Source of the DNA: Thermodesulfovibrionales bacterium
GTDB lineage: Bacteria > Nitrospirota > Thermodesulfovibrionia > Thermodesulfovibrionales > SM23-35
NCBI GenBank assembly: GCA_963715195.1
Contig: CAVQRT010000019.1
Span: forward strand, 1 to 63,594
Length of the DNA stretch: 63,594 nt
Direction of reading: 5' to 3'
The notes below the pieces were generated by a model. That model was not told the origin of the DNA and ran no database searches. It saw nothing but the letters and a program-made list of their open reading frames with translations. This document shows, one piece after another, positions 41,731-51,376 of the stretch. The stretch's first letter is position 1. Every line of letters starts with the position of its first letter. The translations under genes and the position numbers were made by a program.

Positions 41731-43696
41731 ACGACTCCTCATGAATGAAGATATCGAGATAAGGCGGCAGGCCCTTCAAAGCATCAGGGGAAAATCCGGT
41801 AGCCCATACATAGAACTTCTCCTGAAGGCAATGGAAGATACGAGCTGGAGGGTTCGACATACTGCAACAGACATACTCCTGGAGGAACATCCCGTTAATG
41901 AATATATACAGGGACTGATCAAGCTCCTCTACAATGAAGATAATGCCGGGGCAAGAAATTCAGCGATCGAAGCCCTTGTGCGGCTGAATACAAAAGTAAC
42001 CCCTTATCTCATCGAAGCCTTTGATACTGAAAACAGGGACGTAAGAAAATTCATCATTGATGTACTCGGCGAATACAAAGACAGCAGATCTTTGCCCCTT
42101 ATGCTGAGCGCGCTCAAAGATGATGATGAAAATGTCAGGGCTACCGCAATAGAGCATATCGGCAAGGCAGGAGAATCCTCAGTTGTCGATGCGTTAATCG
42201 AAATCATCGAAAGCGACGACATCTGGACTGCATACCCGGCAACTGATGCACTGGGAAGAATCGGGGACCGTAAGGCAGTCCCTGCCCTTATAAAGGCCCT
42301 GGAGCAAAAGACATTAAAGGTTCCCGCTCTCAAATCCCTCAGCTTGATTACAGACCCCGACACCATTCGCTATATTGTCCAGTACCTGAACGATCCATCG
42401 AAATCAGTACAGGAGGAGGCGATCACCTCACTTGCAAGGTTCTATCACAGTGGAACAGGGGAGGACCTGATCATCAGCGAGATAAAAAGGATTTTGGGCA
42501 ACAACGCACTGGAGATCCTCCTCGGACTTGCATGGTCCACAAACCATAAAGTAAAAGTATCGGCGATTCTTATCCTGGGACTTATGAAAGATGAAAGGGC
42601 ATATATCCCTCTCCTTGAAATGTCGCAGGAAGAAGAATTTTCTGAAGACGTGAAAAAGGCGTTTGTATTCATCGGCAGTGACAAACCTGAATCCCTCCTT
42701 CCGCTCCTCGAGACGGACAGCCTCTTCCAGAAGCGGTTTATCTGCGACATCGCCGGGAGGATTGCGGCGCCCCTCTATTTCTCGATTTTTGAAAACCTGC
42801 TCTCGCATGAGGACGGCCATATCCGTTCCATCGCGGCTATCGCCCTTTCGAGAATCGGGGATCCCAAGGCAGTCGGTGCCCTCAAACAGATCCTCAGCGA
42901 CCAGTTCGTCGATGTGCAGGAAGCCTCTGTTGCGGCATTGTCCTCATTTCGGGAATTTCTCGCTGTTGACGAGTTCATTGAGATGCTTCGTGACGAAAAC
43001 CCGTTGCTGAGAAAAAATGCAGCCCTCATTCTCGGGAACATCGGGGCGCGGCAAGCGATAGCCGCGCTGGGTTTTGCATTGAAAGACAGCGATGTTGAGG
43101 TCAGAAAGGCGTCTGTACACGCCTTCGCCAGTATAAAAACCGAAGATTCGATTCACTTTCTTATTGTGGCGCTTGCTGATGAAGATCCTGCCATAAGGGT
43201 CTCGTCTGCAATCAGCCTCGGTGCAGTGCGCGGAGAAGGGGTATTTGAGGCTCTTTCCAATCTCATCACAGACTCTGACGACACCGTGAGGGTCGCAGTA
43301 TCAAAAGCCTTTGGCATGTTGCAGGACCCAAGGGCCGCAGGCCTCCTCATCAGGCTTCTTGCCGACTCCAACGGTTTCGTGGTGACCACTACAATCGAAT
43401 CCCTCAGCAGGATCGACTCGGAAGATGCACGCGCTGCCCTGCTCAGAATGCTTTCCCACGAGGATAAGGAAGTCAGGAGGACGACGGTCAAGGCACTTTC
43501 AGGGTTTGACAATGTTCACGATGCTCTGCTCCCTTTTCTCCGGGATCCCGACTGGTCGACGAGGCTGGCCGCGGTTGAAGTCCTCGGGCAGCACGCATAC
43601 GGTCAGGTGCTGCAGGAACTCGAAAAGCTGCTCGATACAGAGCAGGACCTGATCGTACAGAAGGCGGTCAGGAAAAGCCTCGCACGCGTTCATTAA
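41717..43696 (+). CDS. HEAT/PBS-lyase repeat protein
   Basis: Many L.D.D..VR..A..ALG.I repeats. Confidence 0.9.
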   Translation: MQEIKRLLMNEDIEIRRQALQSIRGKSGSPYIELLLKAMEDTSWRVRHTATDILLEEHPVNEYIQGLIKLLYNEDNAGARNSAIEALVRLNTKVTPYLIEAFDTENRDVRKFIIDVLGEYKDSRSLPLMLSALKDDDENVRATAIEHIGKAGESSVVDALIEIIESDDIWTAYPATDALGRIGDRKAVPALIKALEQKTLKVPALKSLSLITDPDTIRYIVQYLNDPSKSVQEEAITSLARFYHSGTGEDLIISEIKRILGNNALEILLGLAWSTNHKVKVSAILILGLMKDERAYIPLLEMSQEEEFSEDVKKAFVFIGSDKPESLLPLLETDSLFQKRFICDIAGRIAAPLYFSIFENLLSHEDGHIRSIAAIALSRIGDPKAVGALKQILSDQFVDVQEASVAALSSFREFLAVDEFIEMLRDENPLLRKNAALILGNIGARQAIAALGFALKDSDVEVRKASVHAFASIKTEDSIHFLIVALADEDPAIRVSSAISLGAVRGEGVFEALSNLITDSDDTVRVAVSKAFGMLQDPRAAGLLIRLLADSNGFVVTTTIESLSRIDSEDARAALLRMLSHEDKEVRRTTVKALSGFDNVHDALLPFLRDPDWSTRLAAVEVLGQHAYGQVLQELEKLLDTEQDLIVQKAVRKSLARVH

Positions 43697-43753
43697 GGAA
43701 CAGTCGTTCGCCGTTGCAGTACTACATGTACAGGAAGGAAAGATTGAGCGCTC

Positions 43754-44626
43754 ATGCTGGAGAAAGAAGAAATAATCCCTCTCGAGGAAGATGTCTTCAG
43801 GCTTATCAGAGACCTGCTCAGGGACTTCTGTGGTATCTATTTCGATGATGATTCACGCTATCTCCTCGAAAAGAGACTTTCCCGCAGGGTAAAAAATCAT
43901 CATTTCGGGAATTTTCGCGACTATTACCGCTTTCTCCTCTATGACAAGCAGCGTGAACAGGAACTCTCTTCCATTACAGACGTTCTGACCGTGAATGAGA
44001 CATATTTCTTCCGTGAAGAGAACCAGCTGAAGACCTTTGGAGAAGAGATACTGCCTGAAATACGGGAAAAAAACAGGGATAAAAAGAGGATCAGAATATG
44101 GTCGGCAGGCTGTTCTACAGGTGAAGAACCTTATACCCTCTCGATGATCCTTCTCGAGAAAGCAGCTTTTTACGGCTGGAACGTCGAAATTTTTGGAAGC
44201 GATATCAACCAGAGGGTGCTCCATGTCGCGAGGAGCGGCACATACCGCAAGAATTCATTCAGAACGATCGACCCTTATCACCTCAAAAAATATTTCAAGG
44301 AGGAAGACCCCGGGGTGTTCAGGATATCCGATTCAGTTAAACAATACGTCAACTTCACTCACCTCAACCTTCTTGACCCCCTTAAAACCAAGCTGGTGGG
44401 GATGATGGACGTGATTTTCTGCAGGAATGTAATGATCTATTTTGATCAGGCATCAAGAAGGAAAGTGATCGATTTGTTTTATCAACGCCTGGTCGAAGGA
44501 GGGTATCTCCTCCTCGGACATGCTGAATCGCTCATCAATATATCAACTGCATTCAGTCTGAGGCATTTCAAATATGACATGGTCTATCAGAAACCCATGA
44601 AGAAAGGAGCACAGGGAAATGGGTAA
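43754..44626 (+). CDS. cheR: Chemotaxis methyltransferase CheR
   Basis: NETYFFRE, WSAGCSTGEEPY and IFCRNVMIYF. Confidence 0.96.
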   Translation: MLEKEEIIPLEEDVFRLIRDLLRDFCGIYFDDDSRYLLEKRLSRRVKNHHFGNFRDYYRFLLYDKQREQELSSITDVLTVNETYFFREENQLKTFGEEILPEIREKNRDKKRIRIWSAGCSTGEEPYTLSMILLEKAAFYGWNVEIFGSDINQRVLHVARSGTYRKNSFRTIDPYHLKKYFKEEDPGVFRISDSVKQYVNFTHLNLLDPLKTKLVGMMDVIFCRNVMIYFDQASRRKVIDLFYQRLVEGGYLLLGHAESLINISTAFSLRHFKYDMVYQKPMKKGAQGNG

Positions 44627-45677
44627 GATCAGGGTCCTCATTGTAGACGATTCGGCATACAGCAGGCAGACCATCAAGCGCATTCTTGAGAAAGACTCTG
44701 GCATCGAAGTAATCGATATCTCCTCCGACGGTGTCGATGCCATGGCAAAAACCTTGAGACTTAAGCCCGACATTATCACCCTTGATCTTGAAATGCCGGA
44801 AATGGGAGGATTCAGTTTCCTCAGGTGGTTGATGAAGAAGAACCCGATCCCGGTAATCGTGGTAAGTTCCTTCTCCGATTCAAAGACCGTTTTCAAGGCA
44901 CTCGAACTCGGGGCCGCAGACTTTATTGCCAAACCTACAAGAATCACCATGCAGGAGTCACGCAACCTTGAAAAGGACCTACTCAGCAAGGTAAAAGGGG
45001 TCAAAGACCTCCGCATGGACAGGCTCAGCAAGAACCTCGAACTCTTTGAAGAACAGCAAATCCAGCAGGCACCCCCGGAAATTAGCGAGCAGGAGGTAAA
45101 GGTGGTCGCCATCGGCTCATCAACAGGCGGGCCTACCGCCCTCCAGATAATACTCACGCAGCTACCTGCTGATTTCCCTGCCGCTCTTGCGATCAGCCAG
45201 CACATGCCCAAGGGGTTTACACTTCCCTTTGCCCAGCGCATGAACGGAATCTCACAAATAGAGATAAAGGAAGCACAGAACGGGGATCTCCTTGAAAATG
45301 GAAAGGCACTCATATGCCCCGGCGGCTACCATTTGTCCTTTAAAAAAAGGGGGAAAAGGGTGTATGCATCACTCAAGGAACCCAAAACTTCTGACAAATA
45401 TATTCCGTCAGTCAGCACCATGATGTCTGCCCTTGCGGACATTTACGACTCGGCTGTCATGGGTGTTGTGCTCACCGGCATGGGGAGTGACGGAAAAGAC
45501 GGCATGCTGGAAATTAAGGGAAAGGGAGGGTATACTATAGTAGAATCTGAGGACACTGCGGTGGTATTCGGCATGCCGGCAGAGGTCATCAAGGTAGGGG
45601 CTGCTGGAAGAGTATTGCCCATCAGCGAGATACCGTCGGAGATTATTAAATTGGTAAAAAAGACTGAAATTTTATAG
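44619..45677 (+). CDS. cheB: Chemotaxis methylesterase CheB
   Basis: REC domain plus GSSTGGP, QHMP and LTGMGSDG. Confidence 0.96.
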   Translation: MGKIRVLIVDDSAYSRQTIKRILEKDSGIEVIDISSDGVDAMAKTLRLKPDIITLDLEMPEMGGFSFLRWLMKKNPIPVIVVSSFSDSKTVFKALELGAADFIAKPTRITMQESRNLEKDLLSKVKGVKDLRMDRLSKNLELFEEQQIQQAPPEISEQEVKVVAIGSSTGGPTALQIILTQLPADFPAALAISQHMPKGFTLPFAQRMNGISQIEIKEAQNGDLLENGKALICPGGYHLSFKKRGKRVYASLKEPKTSDKYIPSVSTMMSALADIYDSAVMGVVLTGMGSDGKDGMLEIKGKGGYTIVESEDTAVVFGMPAEVIKVGAAGRVLPISEIPSEIIKLVKKTEIL

Positions 45678-45689
45678 ATCGGGGAATCC

Positions 45690-46511
45690 ATGGACCAGGA
45701 ATCAGGCATAGGCAGAAAAGCAGATGAATTTCTCCTGATGTTCAAGAGGGGCGAGGAATTTTCGAAGGAAATTATCAAGGAAAACGAACGGCTCCGTTAC
45801 AAAATCGCACAGCTGGAGGGATCCATCGAAAAATCAGGGGACGAGGAAAGAACACGGGTGTATGAAGACAGAATCAGAATCCTCGAACATGAGTTGAACT
45901 CAATCCTTGAACGATATAAGAAAGTTGAAGAAGAAAACAAGGACTTCGCCTCCCGGTATGTAGAAATCGAAACAGAAAACAATAACCTTGCAAACCTCTA
46001 TGTCGCGAGCTATCAGCTCCATTCGACACTCGATTTCAACGAGGTACTGAGAATCGTGCTCGAAATTGTGATCAATCTGATCGGAGCCGAGAAGTTCGCC
46101 GTCTTCCTCATGGACGAGAAGACCAACGAGCTTGTGCCTGTCGGAGCCGAAGGAGTTTCCCTGAACGAAATACCGAAAGTAAAGATGGGAGAGGGAACGA
46201 TCGGGAGCGTTGCCAAGAGCGGGGAGAGTTTTTTCATCGAACACATGGAAGCTATGGAGACTCTTGAACAGTGGAGTCCCATGGTCTGCATCCCCCTGAA
46301 GATCAAGGAACATGTGATCGGGGTGCTCTCAATCTATTCGCTGCTGATACAAAAAGACTCGTTCTCCAATATCGACTATGAATTGTTCAATCTTCTGGCC
46401 GGACACGCGGCAACCGCGATATTTTCTTCCAGGCTTTACACGCAATCAGAAAGAAAACTCACTACCATTCAGAGCTTCCTCGACCTTCTGAAGGAAAAGC
46501 CGAGGAAATAA
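45690..46511 (+). CDS. Coiled-coil + GAF domain protein
   Basis: N-terminal coiled coil, NLYVASYQLHSTLD and a GAF domain. Confidence 0.82.
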   Translation: MDQESGIGRKADEFLLMFKRGEEFSKEIIKENERLRYKIAQLEGSIEKSGDEERTRVYEDRIRILEHELNSILERYKKVEEENKDFASRYVEIETENNNLANLYVASYQLHSTLDFNEVLRIVLEIVINLIGAEKFAVFLMDEKTNELVPVGAEGVSLNEIPKVKMGEGTIGSVAKSGESFFIEHMEAMETLEQWSPMVCIPLKIKEHVIGVLSIYSLLIQKDSFSNIDYELFNLLAGHAATAIFSSRLYTQSERKLTTIQSFLDLLKEKPRK

Positions 46512-46528
46512 AGGAGAGAAAGAATACT

Positions 46529-46894
46529 ATGCCGACTATCCTTGTTGTTGAGGATTCACCCACCATGAGGCAGTTGATAAGTTTCTCTATTAAACGGATT
46601 CCCAATGCCACGATCATCGAGGCAACCGACGGGGTCGATGCACTGAAAAAACTTTCTTCCGAAAAAGTGGATATTATCCTGGCGGACATCAATATGCCAA
46701 TTATGGACGGCCTGAAGCTGGTCAGCCTGGTAAGGGGAAATCCTGCGCACAAGGAAATCCCGATCATCATGATCACCACCGAAGGAGCCGAAGAGGACAA
46801 GAAGAGAGCCCTGTCAATAGGGGCGAATGCGTACCTTACTAAGCCGATCCAGACACAGGAACTTATGAAGCTGGTGAACAGTTTCATTTCATAA
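46529..46894 (+). CDS. CheY-like response regulator
   Basis: Single REC domain: VEDS, DINMP and TKP. Confidence 0.9.
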   Translation: MPTILVVEDSPTMRQLISFSIKRIPNATIIEATDGVDALKKLSSEKVDIILADINMPIMDGLKLVSLVRGNPAHKEIPIIMITTEGAEEDKKRALSIGANAYLTKPIQTQELMKLVNSFIS

Positions 46895-47164
46895 GTAAGC
46901 CCGCACCTTTCGCACAGAAAATTTTCCCACAAAACAATGTCTTCCGATATGAGCGCGCAGGCATAGGAATAAGTCGCCGCACTGCATGAAATACCCGGCA
47001 TCTCACCATGCAAAGTCGATAACCCCCGGCAATTTTGAGGAATCATAAGCACGTGCGAGAATGGTTGCAAACAGTGTGTCTGCTCCTGTGCACATAGTGT
47101 GATGAATAATCCGGGACAACTTTTCAAAGAACATATATCTCTTTCTCATCTGCTAAAATGGTAG

Positions 47165-49480
47165 ATGGCACATACCGGCATATCAGTATTGAAATTTATT
47201 GAAGACCTGAAACAGGACAGGAGGTTCTCAGCCCAGGTTGCAGAACACAGGTACATCCAGCCTGTTGAGCCAAGGTATGGCAGTCTCGTACTTACCCCCG
47301 GACTGAGAGAGGTAGTGGAGGCACAGGGAATTTCTCTCTTTTACCGCCACCAGTCAGAGGCGGTCTCACGTATCCGTCAGGGAGAGAACATCGTGATCAT
47401 GACCCCGACCGCCAGCGGAAAGAGCCTCATCTATAATATTCCTGTGCTTGAATCAATCTTGGAACACCCTGACCAAAAAGCGCTGTATATTTTTCCCCTG
47501 AAAGGACTCGAACAGGACCAGGTGCAGACCCTGAACAGGCTTGCCGGGCATCTGCCCATGAAGGGCAATATCGCCCATGCCCGTAGTGTCGCCGCCTCTC
47601 CCTTCGTGAAAAGCAGCCATGCCCGGGCGAACAGGCTCGGAGAGGTATATGACGGAGACACCTCCGCTTACCAGAGGAAAAAGATCAGGGAGATGCTTCC
47701 AGGTGTGCTGTTTACAAATCCTGATATGCTGCATCTCGCGATCAACCCGTTCCACAGGAAATGGGAGGCTTTCTTCAGGAACCTCAGGTTCGTGGTGATA
47801 GACGAAATACACACCTACAGGGGGGTGTTCGGGTCACACGTTGCCCATGTACTCCGAAGGCTGAGGAGGATATGCAGATCCTGGGGAGCAGACCCGCAGT
47901 TCATTGCCGCATCTGCAACGATCGCAAACCCTGCACAGCTTGCGGAAAAGCTAGTGGGGAAACCTTTTACGGCTGTCAGTGAAAGCGGGGCCCCACATGC
48001 AGGCAGGCACTTTCTTTTCCTGAACCCCGCAGACCGCCCCTACACAGAGACGATGAGACTGTTCGTGCACTGTCTCAAGGCCGGGTTCAGGACAATTGTA
48101 TTCACAAAGGCACGTAAGATTACCGAACTGATTTATACCTGGACACTGCAGCAGGCACCTGAACTTGAGGGGAAAATCAGTCCTTACAGGGCAGGGTTCC
48201 TTCCAAGGGAACGGCGTGAAATAGAGGAGAGGCTGTTTCAGGGGGAACTGCTCGGTGTTGTCTCTACAAGTGCACTCGAACTGGGGGTTGACATAGGGGG
48301 GCTCGACTGCTGCATCCTCTGCGGGTATCCCGGATCTATTGCGAGCACATGGCAGCGGGCAGGGCGCGTCGGCAGGCATGGGCAAGAGTCGATGATCGCC
48401 ATGGTTGCTCTCCAGGACGCACTGGATCAGTATTTCATGCGTCATCCTGAAGTCTTCTTTGCACAGAGCCATGAAGCAGCGGTAATCGATCCAGGCAACA
48501 GGAACATCACTCGTCAGCATCTGCCCTGTGCCGCTGCCGAGGTTCCCTTGAAACATGACGATTCAGTATATGACATGCAGGACCTGATGCCCCTCGTCGA
48601 TGAACTGGTACAGGAACAGATACTGAGCAAATGGAAAAAGGGGGACATATGGTTTCCGAAAATAAGAGCACCTCACAGGGACGTTCCGATACGATCAATC
48701 GGAACCGCGTTCTCAATGCTGAATGAATCCGGCAGGATGATCGGGGAAGTCAGTGGGGGAAGGGTATTCCGCGAAGCTTTCCCGGGCGCAATCTATCTCC
48801 ACAGGGGCAGGCAGTACGAGATCGTGAATCTTGATCTTTTCAGAAAAAAGGTCCTCTGCAGAGAAGTCGAGGCGGACTATTATACCCAGCCCCTCAGCAG
48901 GGAAGAAACGGAGATACTGAATGAGCAGGAAGTCTCTCATCATAAGGCCTTTTCAGTCAGCTGGGGCAGGCTCAGGTTATCACAGCAGATTACAGGGTAT
49001 GAGAGGAAAAGGATAGTGGACCGCACACTCCTGTCAACCCATTCTCTGCAAATTCCCGAGTACCATTTCGAAACAGAAGGGCTATGGATCCCTGTTGATG
49101 CACAGACACACTCTTTTCTCAGTGCACGCGGGCATGATCTTGCCGGTAGCCTCCACGCAGTCGAGCATACCGCCATCTCATGCATTCCACTCTTTGCCCT
49201 CTGTGACAGGGGAGATATCGGCGGGCTCAGCTACTCTCTCTATCCACAACTCGGGATACCTGCAACCTTCATGTATGACGGGATTGAAGGGGGGATAGGA
49301 CTTACGAAGAGGGCTCTGGACGTAATCGGGGAATGGTTCGGTACTGTGCTGGAGATGATCTCGGAGTGCCCCTGTGAGGATGGCTGTCCCTCCTGTGTGC
49401 AGGACCCCCAGTGCGGTTCAGGGAATCATCCCCTCGACAAAGCAGGAGCAAAAGCACTCCTCTGCAGGTGGACCTGTTGA
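47165..49480 (+). CDS. DEAD/DEAH helicase with DUF1998 (MrfA/Hrq1-like)
   Basis: PTASGKS, DEIH, SAT, QRAGRVGR and C-terminal CPCEDGCPSC...C. Confidence 0.9.
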   Translation: MAHTGISVLKFIEDLKQDRRFSAQVAEHRYIQPVEPRYGSLVLTPGLREVVEAQGISLFYRHQSEAVSRIRQGENIVIMTPTASGKSLIYNIPVLESILEHPDQKALYIFPLKGLEQDQVQTLNRLAGHLPMKGNIAHARSVAASPFVKSSHARANRLGEVYDGDTSAYQRKKIREMLPGVLFTNPDMLHLAINPFHRKWEAFFRNLRFVVIDEIHTYRGVFGSHVAHVLRRLRRICRSWGADPQFIAASATIANPAQLAEKLVGKPFTAVSESGAPHAGRHFLFLNPADRPYTETMRLFVHCLKAGFRTIVFTKARKITELIYTWTLQQAPELEGKISPYRAGFLPRERREIEERLFQGELLGVVSTSALELGVDIGGLDCCILCGYPGSIASTWQRAGRVGRHGQESMIAMVALQDALDQYFMRHPEVFFAQSHEAAVIDPGNRNITRQHLPCAAAEVPLKHDDSVYDMQDLMPLVDELVQEQILSKWKKGDIWFPKIRAPHRDVPIRSIGTAFSMLNESGRMIGEVSGGRVFREAFPGAIYLHRGRQYEIVNLDLFRKKVLCREVEADYYTQPLSREETEILNEQEVSHHKAFSVSWGRLRLSQQITGYERKRIVDRTLLSTHSLQIPEYHFETEGLWIPVDAQTHSFLSARGHDLAGSLHAVEHTAISCIPLFALCDRGDIGGLSYSLYPQLGIPATFMYDGIEGGIGLTKRALDVIGEWFGTVLEMISECPCEDGCPSCVQDPQCGSGNHPLDKAGAKALLCRWTC

Positions 49481-49852
49481 ATGCTGCTTACATCCGGACG
49501 GAAGAAGCCCCCTGTCCAGCAGGTTCCGAGATCGAGTGAAGTCGCTTCAAGAACAATACTTTCACCGAAATCCCCTGTCTTTTGATACACATGAGGATCA
49601 CGCACATCTCCGATAAACGCAACAAAGGCGGGGGCTCCCTTGATTTTTCCATAATGACCGAGCACCCCCCCTGAAGACACGGTCGGCTGACTGGGAGAAG
49701 GCCATTGAGCGGACTCCGGGGAACGGCCTGAATGCCTGGCAGAGATGTTCTATCTGTGCGAAAATTCAGGGAGGAAGGGGCCTGGGGGCGAAATCGCGTC
49801 TTGACCGGCCTCCTGCAATGGCCGCATACCACCTTTCAACGGGGATGTCCAT
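49480..49852 (-). pseudogene. Truncated nitroreductase-family gene
   Basis: MDIPVERWY...RSRRDF, in-frame TGA at 49768-49766, frameshift in a G run, then GESIVLEATSLDLGTCWTGG; 3' half missing at the helicase stop. Confidence 0.7.
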
Positions 49853-49878
49853 GCCCTTTATGCATTTATGTGAGAGGG

Positions 49879-50019
49879 TTACGGTGAAGGTGAACAGTAC
49901 GGCCCTTTATAATTCCTGTATACAGCATACGGGGAACAGGACTCTGCCTCATACCGGTAAGTCGCACAACTACAGATACTGCACAAGAGAATTATGAGAC
50001 ACAGTAATTTCGTCTTCAT
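49879..50019 (-). CDS. Small putative lipoprotein (46 aa)
   Basis: AGGAG RBS; MKTKLLCLIILLCSICSC signal peptide and lipobox. Confidence 0.5.
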   Translation of the reverse strand: MKTKLLCLIILLCSICSCATYRYEAESCSPYAVYRNYKGPYCSPSP

Positions 50020-50057
50020 TTCGAATCTCCTTCCGAGTGAAAGGCATATCAGACGTA

Positions 50058-51350
50058 TCAATGCTTGAATGCACGCTGACCTGTGAATGCCATTGTCACC
50101 TGCGGGTTTGCCTCATTACAGGCCGTGATGGACTCAAAGTCCCTTTCCGAACCGCCTGGCTGAACAATCGCGGCAATCCCCTCCTGAATCGCAACATCGA
50201 CCCCGTCGCGGAACGGGAAAAACGCATCCGAGACCATGGTCGCCCCGATCAGCCCTCCCCTGTGCTTTTTTGTCTCTTCATCAATTTCAAGGAGCGCCTC
50301 TTTTTTCCTGCTCCCGTTTTTCACATCAAGCTCAAACGCCTTGTAAGGAATCCCGTACTTCCTGAAACACAATGCATCGGCAAATTTGGTATATGCCTTG
50401 AATATGGCGATCTCGGCCACACCTACACGGTCCTGTTCTCCTGTACCGATTCCTACAGTAACCCCGTCTTTTACATAGATTACGGAATTTGATGTCAGGC
50501 CCTGCTCAACATTCCATCCGAATAACATGTCAGCATATTCACTCTCGGTCGGAGATCTTTCTATCGAATATTCCCCGCCCTGATAACTCGTTCTGGCAGG
50601 GAGAAAATCTTTGCTGGTTCTGATCTTGTTGACTGGTGACTGTTGTACGATGATGCCGCCGTCCATCAGTGACTTGAAATCGACATACCTGAAATCCCTG
50701 TATTTCTGGAGTTCTCGTATCCTGTTCACCCTGATGATGCGCAGGTTCTTCCGTTTTGCAAGTATTTCGACCGTACCCTGCTCGAACTCGGGGGCTGCCA
50801 CTACCTCAAGGTAGTTTTTTGAGACAAGACTCGCGGTTTCGGCATCCATAGCCCTGTTCACCACCAGGCACCCTCCGAACGCAGCGATGCGGTCCGCCAT
50901 GTTCGCCCTGTCATATGCCTCGGCAAGTGAATTTCCATACGCAACCCCGCAGGGATTATTATGCTTCAGTATCGCGGCCGCAGGCCTGTCCATAAGAAAT
51001 TTGATGATATTCAGGCCGTTGTCCAGATCGGTAAGATTCGTTTTCCCCGGATGTTTCCCCGCCTGTATCATGTCTCCCTCGTTGATCATGCTCACGAGCC
51101 CGCTTCCGGGACTGATACACTGGCAGTCACCGAGCACAAGATTTCCGTTTACCAGTTCATACAGTGCCGCCTCCTGCTCGGGATTCTCCCCGTACCGGAG
51201 GCCCTTCTCTATCACCTCTCCTGTTTTTGCGTCCGGAATCTTCCAGGTCCTTTTCCGGTAGACCATCTTCTGTTTTCCGAACTGGATAATCATGTCTTCC
51301 GGAAAGTGATCTGCCATAATTGTGCGGTACATCTTCTTGATGTCGGTCAT
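50058..51350 (-). CDS. purH: AICAR transformylase-type PurH lacking the N-terminal MGS-like domain
   Basis: LRYGENPEQ.AA, ILKHNNPCG, SDAFFPFRDG and QPGGS. Confidence 0.85.
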   Translation of the reverse strand: MTDIKKMYRTIMADHFPEDMIIQFGKQKMVYRKRTWKIPDAKTGEVIEKGLRYGENPEQEAALYELVNGNLVLGDCQCISPGSGLVSMINEGDMIQAGKHPGKTNLTDLDNGLNIIKFLMDRPAAAILKHNNPCGVAYGNSLAEAYDRANMADRIAAFGGCLVVNRAMDAETASLVSKNYLEVVAAPEFEQGTVEILAKRKNLRIIRVNRIRELQKYRDFRYVDFKSLMDGGIIVQQSPVNKIRTSKDFLPARTSYQGGEYSIERSPTESEYADMLFGWNVEQGLTSNSVIYVKDGVTVGIGTGEQDRVGVAEIAIFKAYTKFADALCFRKYGIPYKAFELDVKNGSRKKEALLEIDEETKKHRGGLIGATMVSDAFFPFRDGVDVAIQEGIAAIVQPGGSERDFESITACNEANPQVTMAFTGQRAFKH

Positions 51351-51376
51351 TTCCCCCCCTGCGCGGATACCTCTTG

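Noticed and set aside
47165..49480. DUF1998 helicase as a DISARM/Druantia-type defence system
   Set aside because: It is a stand-alone fused helicase-DUF1998 of MrfA/Hrq1 repair type, with no methylase, PLD nuclease or other defence genes nearby.
49766..49768. In-frame TGA in the nitroreductase remnant as selenocysteine
   Set aside because: It is not at a recognisable catalytic Cys position, and the gene is also frameshifted and truncated.
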